Positions 1 to 6,533 of a stretch of DNA of 64,000 nt are shown in pieces. Source of the DNA: a virus. The notes under the pieces are model-generated. The model did no database searches. It was not told the origin of the DNA and saw nothing but the letters and a program-made list of their open reading frames with translations. Numbering within the stretch: the first letter of the stretch is position 1; every line of letters starts with the position of its first letter. A program made the position numbers and the translations under genes. Where the stretch lies: the IMG/VR virus record IMGVR_UViG_3300044701_002494, positions 1 to 64,000 of that record. The stretch is one strand, 5' to 3'.

Positions 1-50
1 GTGCTCTTTCGATTATCAGTCGAATGCTTTACCAACTAAGCTATGTTTCC
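1..50 (-). tRNA. tRNA-Ile(GAU), 3' part cut off by window edge
   Basis: Revcomp GGAAACATAGCTTAGTTGGTAAAGCATTCGA-CTGATAA-TCGAAAGAGCAC: D arm plus anticodon stem with GAT. Confidence 0.85.
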
Positions 51-53
51 AAG

Positions 54-127
54 TCCAGATGAAAGGATTTGAACCTCCGACAACTCCGCCCCAAACGGAG
101 GGCTCTACCAAACTGAGCTACATCTGG
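54..127 (-). tRNA. tRNA-Pro(UGG)
   Basis: Acceptor CCAGATG/CATCTGG, anticodon arm CTCCG-TTTGGGG-CGGAG, GGTTCAAATCC T arm. Confidence 0.93.
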
Positions 128-128
128 T

Positions 129-203
129 TGGTATTCCTGAAGGGATTTGAACCCTCGTTTCCGCCTTGAAAGGGCAGCGTCCTAACCATTAGACGACAGG
201 AAC
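129..203 (-). tRNA. tRNA-Glu(UUC), CCA encoded
   Basis: Anticodon arm CTGCC-CTTTCAA-GGCGG, T arm GGTTCAAATCC, 3' ACCA. Confidence 0.93.
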
Positions 204-252
204 TTATTTGCTACAACCACCAAGGAGGGACACTCCATCGGCAGCGTAGCAA

Positions 253-326
253 CGACGATGAGGGGATTTGAACCCCCGACTTCTTCCGTGACAGGGAAGC
301 ACTCTAGACCACTGAGTTACATCGTC
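253..326 (-). tRNA. tRNA-Asp(GUC)
   Basis: Acceptor GACGATG/CATCGTC, anticodon arm CTTCC-CTGTCAC-GGAAG. Confidence 0.93.
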
Positions 327-330
327 AAGG

Positions 331-412
331 TGGGAGGAGCAGGATTCGAACCTGCGAAGGCAGAGCCGTCTAATTTACAGTCAGATTCCTTTAACCACTC
401 GGAAATCCTCCC
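331..412 (-). tRNA. tRNA-Tyr(GUA)
   Basis: Anticodon arm TCTGA-CTGTAAA-TTAGA, long variable arm GGCTCTGCC, GGTTCGAATCC. Confidence 0.93.
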
Positions 413-416
413 ACGA

Positions 417-489
417 TGGGTTTGGTGGGACTCGAACCCACGGTACGCTGGTTAAAAGCCAGATGCATTTGCCGCTATGCTACAAACCC
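417..489 (-). tRNA. tRNA-Lys(UUU)
   Basis: Acceptor GGGTTTG/CAAACCC, anticodon arm TCTGG-CTTTTAA-CCAGC, GGTTCGAGTCC. Confidence 0.92.
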
Positions 490-504
490 AAATAATGTGG
501 TAAA

Positions 505-553
505 TATTCAGTTGTCAAGGTGCTGGTGGTATCTCAACCACCCTTTAAGAATA
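505..553 (-). promoter_or_regulatory. Extended -10 promoter (TGG-TATTCT), boxB-like hairpin and rrn boxA-like antitermination element for the tRNA operon
   Basis: GGTGGT-TGAGAT-ACCACC hairpin (542-525) followed by GCACCTTGACAACTGAATA (523-505), resembling cyanobacterial rrn boxA GAACCTTGA(A/C)AA-CTG. Confidence 0.6.
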
Positions 554-611
554 CCACCATTTGGACTCTGGAGGGAGATTGGTGGACGCTTAGGAGACTG
601 TCACAAGCAAC

Positions 612-646
612 AAAAAAAGGGGAGGAAACTTTTGGTTTCTCTCCCC
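612..646 (-). terminator. Intrinsic terminator (attenuator 3:4 hairpin) upstream of tRNA operon
   Basis: GGGGAGAGAAAC-CAAAA-GTTTCCTCCCC followed by T7. Confidence 0.85.
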
Positions 647-673
647 TTTCTCTTTGCTTTTATGGATTACATC

Positions 674-775
674 TTACATATGTCTATCCATATCCACAAA
701 CAGGGGAGTACCCTCAATATGCCAATAGCGGCAATCAAGGTTACTAATCTGTTTGGTGGGCATTTGGAAAGACAT
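674..775 (-). CDS. 33-aa putative attenuator leader peptide MSFQMPTKQISNLDCRYWHIEGTPLFVDMDRHM
   Basis: Translated by hand; preceded by TTGACT-N17-TATAAATA and TAGG; followed by terminator; contains 19 of 20 amino acids. Confidence 0.75.
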   Translation of the reverse strand: MSFQMPTKQISNLDCRYWHIEGTPLFVDMDRHM

Positions 776-796
776 TGTTTTCGACCTAAGTGTTTT

Positions 797-827
797 TATT
801 TATAAGACTTTTTTGTTAAAAAGTCAA
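797..827 (-). promoter_or_regulatory. Composite sigma70 / T4 late promoter for the leader peptide
   Basis: TTGACT (827-822), 17-nt spacer, TATAAATA (804-797). Confidence 0.7.
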
Positions 828-901
828 CAGGTTAGGAGGGACTCGAACCCCCGACCAACTCATTAGAAGTGAGTGGCTCTATCCATCTGAGCTACTAACC
901 C
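828..901 (-). tRNA. tRNA-Arg(UCU)
   Basis: Anticodon arm ACTCA-CTTCTAA-TGAGT, GGTTCGAGTCC T arm. Confidence 0.93.
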
Positions 902-982
902 AAGAGACCTCCAGGTTTGTGCATCGTTGAGAGGCATAGGAGGGGTAGGTCTTACACGGAGTTTGGACCCCCGCCGCCTATG
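902..982 (-). ncRNA. Putative structured leader / small RNA upstream of tRNA-Arg
   Basis: GC-rich non-coding ~80 nt between promoter and tRNA, with CCTCC/GGAGG, AGACCT/AGGTCT and GGGGT-CCAA-ACTCC pairings. Confidence 0.35.
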
Positions 983-987
983 AGAGT

Positions 988-1017
988 ATTATAGGAGAAG
1001 GGGGGACATTTCGTCAA
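988..1017 (-). promoter_or_regulatory. sigma70-type promoter
   Basis: GGGGCTTGACG-N18-TATAAT. Confidence 0.7.
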
Positions 1018-1044
1018 GCCCCCCCCCAGACATATTTTATTGTA

Positions 1045-1695
1045 TCAAACTTCTACCGTAATCAGTTTGTTAGCATATTCGTAGGCATAATGTGTTCGGG
1101 CACCATGAATACCCCAACCAATCCAACTATATGCATAGTTCATGTAGCGATCTATTGATTTACCAGGAGTTTTCATTTTCTCCTCAATTCTTTGCCACTG
1201 AACCTCATTTGTTAGATAACGAAGTTGCGTTTGAAGTGCTGATGGATCTCCACCATACTTCTTAGCAAAATCACCCAATCCATAATATCGATCGGCAGAT
1301 GTCCATTGGATTAGTCCGTAACCACGCCAGCAGCCACGGTAACTAGTCCTACTACCACCTTCACAAATATTAGGCACGAACATAGATTCTTGCTTAATAT
1401 TTCCAAGAATAGTAGCAAGGGCGTTTCTGTCTTTTATACCATAATCCTGGAGAAATGCCAGGGTGGCATTTTCATTCTCATTACACCCTTTACAAATTAG
1501 CCTTTTCTCTTTAGGCTTTGGTGGTGCAACCTCTAGGATTGCTGTCTTCTCGGGTTCAAACTCTTTAATAACGGAATAAGGTTTATCCACCGGAGGGGGA
1601 GGACCTTGCAGTTTATAACTAGAGAAAGGCAGTGATGCCGTATTGGTTGTAACCATTGCAACAAGAGGAACGGCTACAGTAAAGAAGTTTAGCAT
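1045..1695 (-). CDS. Cell-wall hydrolase, phage tail lysozyme-like domain, with hydrophobic N-terminus
   Basis: ALATILGNIKQES and GYGLIQWT...R motifs; Pro-rich linker. Confidence 0.75.
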   Translation of the reverse strand: MLNFFTVAVPLVAMVTTNTASLPFSSYKLQGPPPPVDKPYSVIKEFEPEKTAILEVAPPKPKEKRLICKGCNENENATLAFLQDYGIKDRNALATILGNIKQESMFVPNICEGGSRTSYRGCWRGYGLIQWTSADRYYGLGDFAKKYGGDPSALQTQLRYLTNEVQWQRIEEKMKTPGKSIDRYMNYAYSWIGWGIHGARTHYAYEYANKLITVEV

Positions 1696-1854
1696 TAAAA
1701 TTGATTGAACTCTACATCCGTATAGAGAAAGGGGTACACCTCTTTCTCAAGAGGCAATCTCCACGGCTCTAAATCACATTCAAATTCTCATAATAAAAAA
1801 CCCTGCTCATAACAGGGATTTTAGCATTATAAGTTTTTATTTAGGATTTGTCAA
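1696..1854 (-). promoter_or_regulatory. sigma70 promoter, promoter-proximal terminator-like hairpin and structured 5' UTR
   Basis: TTGACA(1854-1849)-N17-TATAAT(1831-1826); CCCTG-TTATGAG-CAGGG-T6; GCCTCTT-GAGA-AAGAGGT hairpin. Confidence 0.6.
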
Positions 1855-1914
1855 ACAAATAGTTAAAAACCAAATTTTTTACTAAATACCTACAGTGTTT
1901 ATCACAACAAGAAA

Positions 1915-2406
1915 ATGAAAAGACTTCTATTAGCCTTTTCGTTATTCTTTACCATTCCAGTTAATGCTGCTGAAATTACATCAAGAATTACTGATTCTGT
2001 CCAATTAAAAGTTGATGGTGCTGCGATTCAATCTACAAGAATTGGTAGTTCATACTCAGCGTCAGGAACGAATATTAAAGTAACTACACTCGGTGGAGTT
2101 GGTTCTGGCTCTGCAACAACTCCAGCATCCATCACTGATGGAACTTATGAAATCAATACTGATGGACAAGCATTCACATTTTCAGAAACTGCTGCCATCG
2201 GTGATGTACCAGTAACCTCTCAAACTGTTACTAATGGTGTTGTTGGTTCGCCAAATCTTTATGGTGATAGTATCACTCAACCAGGTGGAGATAAAGGTTC
2301 ACTCGCAGGAACTCTCTCTGCCACAGGTGTTCCTACTGTTACTGCTGGTGGTGCTGGTACTACTGCTACAGGACAACGTAGTATTGAACTGAGCGTATTC
2401 AAATGA
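1915..2406 (+). CDS. Secreted G/T/S-rich hypothetical protein
   Basis: Signal peptide MKRLLLAFSLFFTIPVNA; first gene of an overlapping + strand operon. Confidence 0.75.
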   Translation: MKRLLLAFSLFFTIPVNAAEITSRITDSVQLKVDGAAIQSTRIGSSYSASGTNIKVTTLGGVGSGSATTPASITDGTYEINTDGQAFTFSETAAIGDVPVTSQTVTNGVVGSPNLYGDSITQPGGDKGSLAGTLSATGVPTVTAGGAGTTATGQRSIELSVFK

Positions 2407-2762
2407 AAAATATCCTAGCAGGGTTGTTCCTGCTAGGGTTTTCTTGTCCTGCCCTAGCTGAAAGTGTTGTGCCTAATTTTACTAGGGGTACAATCAATGC
2501 AACCACAGAATCAACTACAAAAGTAATAGAAACAATTCGTCAAGTTGAATATACAACTGGCGAATCGTATACTGTAACTGGAACAAACATCAACATACCT
2601 AGCATCCCGCAACGTGGTGCTAATTATACAATTATGGAACAAGGTGCCTCATTTCAGTTCAGTGAAACCTATCTTGGCCCTGGAGTGGCAAAAGAGACAT
2701 GGATAGATCGCACCACAGAAACTCAATCAACCACTACATCAATCTCTGTCTTTACGCAATAA
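2403..2762 (+). CDS. Secreted Thr-rich hypothetical protein
   Basis: Signal peptide ending ALA; ATGA overlap with upstream gene. Confidence 0.75.
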   Translation: MKNILAGLFLLGFSCPALAESVVPNFTRGTINATTESTTKVIETIRQVEYTTGESYTVTGTNINIPSIPQRGANYTIMEQGASFQFSETYLGPGVAKETWIDRTTETQSTTTSISVFTQ

Positions 2763-3268
2763 TTTCAACAGGGACTGCATTCGCACAAAGTGCTCCAGCA
2801 CCATCCAATACAAACATAGCAGGACCATCAGCATCTGCTACTGGTAACGTAACGAACCAGGCAGTTCAGGTATTACAAGGTCCTTATGCTTTAAATACTT
2901 ATGGTGGTGGAGTTAGTTGTCAAGGAGCAACATTTTCAATATCACCATTTCTATTAAAGAATGGCAACCAAAGCGATGATCCAGAAACATATCCCTCAAG
3001 AAATCATAATTGGGGGATATCTGCTGGGTTTAATATTCCTTTAGATGGTGGTTTGATGGAATTATGTAAATCAAGAGCAAAAGTAGAAATTGCTAGGCAA
3101 CAGGCAGAAACAGATAAAGCAAGATTAGATTTTGAATTAGTTAGATTATTAAAATGCGGTGAAGCAATTAAAACAGGAATTACATTTCATCCCGATAGTC
3201 CATACTATAAAATCTGTGCTGACGTAGTTGTGAGGTATCCAAATGGAACCAATACAACAACTAAGTAG
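2699..3268 (+). CDS. Secreted hypothetical protein with Cys residues and a C-terminal helix
   Basis: Signal-like ...TAFA|QSAP; overlapping operon arrangement; start uncertain. Confidence 0.7.
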   Translation: MDRSHHRNSINHYINLCLYAIISTGTAFAQSAPAPSNTNIAGPSASATGNVTNQAVQVLQGPYALNTYGGGVSCQGATFSISPFLLKNGNQSDDPETYPSRNHNWGISAGFNIPLDGGLMELCKSRAKVEIARQQAETDKARLDFELVRLLKCGEAIKTGITFHPDSPYYKICADVVVRYPNGTNTTTK

Positions 3269-4100
3269 TACTAATATAGCACCAATAAAGTCCGAAATAC
3301 CAAAAATTGGTATTAATGGTCCAAGTATTATTCCAAAAATAGAACCACCTATAACACAAAGTATAGATTCTCCAGTAACTAAGGGATTGGCATTACCAAT
3401 ATTTGAGATGCCAAGTCCAAAAATTCCTTATCCTATAATTAACGTACCAACCCAAGAAGAATTTGATGCTGCTGTAAAAGCAGATCGTGAAAAACAACAG
3501 CAAGAAGAAAAACCAAAAGAAAGAGGATTACCAGATACTAAACCACCAGAACTTCCACCTGCTGTTCAACAATTAACTCAACAACCACAAACTCCAATAG
3601 CAGAAATACCTGCGGATAAACCAACTACCCCCACATTTTCAGTTTATGGAGTCAATATTAATTTACCTGATCCTTCTCTTGTTGCTACGGCTGGTGCTGT
3701 CGCAGTAGTTACTACTGCTTCTACGATGGTGGCAACTACTACATTAAATGCACTTAAAAATGCAGCAGAACCATTAATTAAAGAAGCAACAAAAAATAAA
3801 TTTAAAATTAAAATAAAACAAGTTAAACCCGTTTTACACTATGTACTAACAGAAGGTGGTCACATTGATATCTTTGAATATTCTGCCGAAGGTACAAGAC
3901 TCATAGAGCAAGTAACTAATGTGGAACAATATATTCGAGATCAAGTCGAAATCAATGCTCTCTACGAGATTGACAATAAAATCATTATTGATGATGTAAT
4001 CAAAGATAAATTCACAAAAGAAGGCAAAGAAAGATTTAAGTCTCTCTTTGCCCCAGCTAAAAAGGTTGCTAAAAAATTATCTGCTAGATTATCAATTTAA
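3243..4100 (+). CDS. Pro-rich hypothetical protein with one hydrophobic segment
   Basis: 285-aa ORF; LVATAGAVAVVTTASTMVA possible transmembrane helix. Confidence 0.7.
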   Translation: MEPIQQLSSTNIAPIKSEIPKIGINGPSIIPKIEPPITQSIDSPVTKGLALPIFEMPSPKIPYPIINVPTQEEFDAAVKADREKQQQEEKPKERGLPDTKPPELPPAVQQLTQQPQTPIAEIPADKPTTPTFSVYGVNINLPDPSLVATAGAVAVVTTASTMVATTTLNALKNAAEPLIKEATKNKFKIKIKQVKPVLHYVLTEGGHIDIFEYSAEGTRLIEQVTNVEQYIRDQVEINALYEIDNKIIIDDVIKDKFTKEGKERFKSLFAPAKKVAKKLSARLSI

Positions 4101-4231
4101 TCCCAATTAAACTTAGAGATAATCCACATAATAATCATAACTGGTAATTGAATCAAAACGTTAGAAAGAATTTCTAGAAAGATATTATCTTTCTCTTCCT
4201 TACGTTTATCCTTTGCTGGTGCCGTGGTCAT
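4097..4231 (-). CDS. 44-aa single-TM peptide (MTTAPAKDKRKEEKDNIFLEILSNVLIQLPVMIIMWIISKFNWD)
   Basis: Hand translation; fills the gap up to the convergent + strand gene. Confidence 0.55.
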   Translation of the reverse strand: MTTAPAKDKRKEEKDNIFLEILSNVLIQLPVMIIMWIISKFNWD

Positions 4232-4439
4232 TTTGTAACACCTTAAACAAATCTTTACTATTTAATAAAGTTGTATCAAATTGTAACGATTTTTTACGAC
4301 CTCTTCGTGCGGGTCTCCTAACAAAACGAATCACCTCTGGTGGTTGTCTCTTGGGAATAGGTCTTCTATTCTCAAGCATTAGTCCATCATTCGTTAGTAA
4401 TCTTAGAACTATTAATACATCTAAGATGAGAAGTTTCAT
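4206..4439 (-). CDS. Hypothetical basic protein
   Basis: ATGA overlap with 4436..4636. Confidence 0.55.
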   Translation of the reverse strand: MKLLILDVLIVLRLLTNDGLMLENRRPIPKRQPPEVIRFVRRPARRGRKKSLQFDTTLLNSKDLFKVLQNDHGTSKG

Positions 4440-4636
4440 TTTTTATTCTTTAACTTAAAAGCAGCATCACCAAGAAAAGAACCGACTGCAAGCACAAGTA
4501 CTTTAGCATAAGCATCACGACTTGTACTTTCCAGTTCTACTTGCCCTTCTGTCCTAATCGCAACAGACTCAACAGCAGAAATCATAAATGCTGCCCAGAT
4601 AATAATGAATAATCTAACAAGGTTAAAATAAATCAT
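4436..4636 (-). CDS. Small two-TM membrane protein
   Basis: Two hydrophobic segments and basic C-terminus; overlap coupling. Confidence 0.6.
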   Translation of the reverse strand: MIYFNLVRLFIIIWAAFMISAVESVAIRTEGQVELESTSRDAYAKVLVLAVGSFLGDAAFKLKNKK

Positions 4637-5064
4637 TTTTGTCTCCTTGATTCTAGTAAAGCAAAATCTTTCTTCTTGGTTCCACCATCATATTCCCAGG
4701 CATATCCTTCATCAATCATCATCTGATTAACAGATTTTTTCTTATTGACTGATGATACTTCCTTATCACCAATAAACAAATGTCCCAGAATTCTACCATA
4801 CTTTTCAGTAGAATCTGGGAGTTCTGTTTTAACAATAATATCAGTTTGACATTCTAACTTTTTCTTGAGCCATTCTTTAACTTCTAATCCTAATACTTTT
4901 TCTTTTGCATCAGTAGTACGACTTTCAGGAGTGTCAACCCCAGCAAGGCGAATGCGTTTAGTGAGAGAAATGTCAAACCCTAAATCTATCATTGCATCTA
5001 TGGTGTCCCCATCTACAACTTTTAGAACTTGTTTGATTCTGTAAATATAAGGATCTTTATCCAT
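4633..5064 (-). CDS. Thermonuclease (SNase-like) endonuclease
   Basis: VVDGDT, RIRLAGVDTPES and KYGRILG motifs. Confidence 0.9.
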   Translation of the reverse strand: MDKDPYIYRIKQVLKVVDGDTIDAMIDLGFDISLTKRIRLAGVDTPESRTTDAKEKVLGLEVKEWLKKKLECQTDIIVKTELPDSTEKYGRILGHLFIGDKEVSSVNKKKSVNQMMIDEGYAWEYDGGTKKKDFALLESRRQK

Positions 5065-5276
5065 TAGAATGGTAATTTGAACTTCTCAGTATTTATTTTA
5101 GGAATGGGTAGTTTTTCAAATGCTTTGGTGACTTGTTTTTCTACTACAGCACCAACAAATTCCTCTGGATTATCCAAAATCTTTTGTGCTTTCTGATAAG
5201 TGATGTATGCTCCTACACCAATCGCAGCACTAATGCTTAGACTTGTGATTGATAGTATCAGACTTAAATTTTTCAT
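5064..5276 (-). CDS. Small membrane-anchored hypothetical protein
   Basis: N-terminal hydrophobic helix; TAATG coupling. Confidence 0.65.
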   Translation of the reverse strand: MKNLSLILSITSLSISAAIGVGAYITYQKAQKILDNPEEFVGAVVEKQVTKAFEKLPIPKINTEKFKLPF

Positions 5277-5382
5277 CGTTCATCTCCTCGTGTGCTAACT
5301 TTAATATGTAGTAAATGATGTATGCGGTGAAAGCAAGTCCGCAGGATAATATTATAACAACACCCCAAGGGAACTGATCCAT
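5230..5382 (-). CDS. 50-aa single-TM peptide (MDQFPWGVVIILSCGLAFTAYIIYYILKLAHEEM...)
   Basis: Hand translation; TGATG coupling to upstream gene. Confidence 0.55.
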   Translation of the reverse strand: MDQFPWGVVIILSCGLAFTAYIIYYILKLAHEEMNDEKFKSDTINHKSKH

Positions 5383-6128
5383 CAATACTTACCTTCTGTA
5401 CAATACTGGACTTTCTTATTTGGATAATAAGGATACAAACCATTTTGGGGTTTCATCCATCCACATCCAATCAACCATTCTTTTGTGAGTGGAGTTGGAG
5501 TAACCTGTTCCCACAAAGGTTTCTCTGCTGCCATTTCAAGATATCTAGCAGTCTGATTAGATTGTTCTTCTGCCCAGTTTGCATCTGCTTCCCAAGGAAC
5601 AGCACGACTTTGCATCATAGATTCATAAGTAAGTTTAGTTTGCTTCATAACCCAAGCAGGTATTTCACTATCTTGATGAACCTGTGCCATAAATGCAGTA
5701 TGTAGTCCACCACCCATAGCGTCTTGAACAACGTGCCAACCTTCGTGTCTTAAAGTTCCAAGAAACTCCCTTTCATCTTGAAGAAGAGTTTCGTTAATAA
5801 AGAAACGATTATAGTTTGGTTTATAAAGTCCTACAGTTCTTGGAGTAAAATATCTAGATGGAGCAACATAAACAGGAACTTCAAGTTTATTCAGAGCATT
5901 TACAATTCTAACTATTTCTTCTCTAAATGGATCAAAGTCTGGACTTTTTAAAAACTCAGATTCTGCTGATAATTTTTCGATACCCTCCGTACATTCCAAA
6001 AGTATCATACAACCCATTGCTTCAAGGCTATATGGTTTTACAGTTGGTTGTTTAGGTTCCAATGAACTTGCAATTGCTGGAACTGCTAATGTTAATGATA
6101 ATCCGATTGCTGTGAGGAATTTTTTCAT
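5382..6128 (-). CDS. Secreted zinc-metallopeptidase-like protein
   Basis: Signal peptide; HEGWH (HExxH) motif plus downstream EADA. Confidence 0.7.
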   Translation of the reverse strand: MKKFLTAIGLSLTLAVPAIASSLEPKQPTVKPYSLEAMGCMILLECTEGIEKLSAESEFLKSPDFDPFREEIVRIVNALNKLEVPVYVAPSRYFTPRTVGLYKPNYNRFFINETLLQDEREFLGTLRHEGWHVVQDAMGGGLHTAFMAQVHQDSEIPAWVMKQTKLTYESMMQSRAVPWEADANWAEEQSNQTARYLEMAAEKPLWEQVTPTPLTKEWLIGCGWMKPQNGLYPYYPNKKVQYCTEGKY

Positions 6129-6325
6129 TCATCCCACCATCCTTCTTGTTTATGAATCCAGACTTTCAAATCTTTTACATACTTTCTCAAGATCTGGGCC
6201 TGTTCTTCATGCCAAAAATCACCCGTCTCCATATGAAGGCGGGTGTGATTATCTATTGCTTTCAGAATGTTGTGGATTGGTCCGTTCCAACACTCTCTCT
6301 TGGGAGTATTCCATTCTCTGGGCAT
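6125..6325 (-). CDS. Hypothetical protein
   Basis: 66-aa ORF with ATGA overlap. Confidence 0.7.
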   Translation of the reverse strand: MPREWNTPKRECWNGPIHNILKAIDNHTRLHMETGDFWHEEQAQILRKYVKDLKVWIHKQEGWWDE

Positions 6326-6426
6326 TTGTATTCAACCGTGTAAAGTTGTCCATTATGAATGTAATCAACTTTGCATAAATTGGGTCCAATTATAACATTA
6401 CCAGCAATTAAAATTTCTAGTAACAT
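6262..6426 (-). CDS. 54-aa hypothetical (MLLEILIAGNVIIGPNLCKVDY...)
   Basis: Hand translation; TAATG coupling to the 6426..6533 ORF. Confidence 0.45.
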   Translation of the reverse strand: MLLEILIAGNVIIGPNLCKVDYIHNGQLYTVEYKCPENGILPRESVGTDQSTTF

Positions 6427-6533
6427 TACTTTTTCTTACCTCCATTTTTTGCCTTTTTGGCAGTAGCATTACCTTGATTTTGCTTTTTATTACCAGCAGA
6501 ACCTTTTTTACCTTTATTTGGTGATTTAGACAT
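6426..6533 (-). CDS. 35-aa Lys/Gly-rich basic peptide (MSKSPNKGKKGSAGNKKQNQGNATAKKAKNGGKKK)
   Basis: Hand translation; GAGGAG Shine-Dalgarno and TGATG coupling. Confidence 0.6.
   Translation of the reverse strand: MSKSPNKGKKGSAGNKKQNQGNATAKKAKNGGKKK

Noticed and set aside
258-805. + strand ORFs 258..455, 416..805 and 520..747
   Set aside because: Antisense shadows of tRNA genes and the attenuator region; no RBS or protein-like composition.
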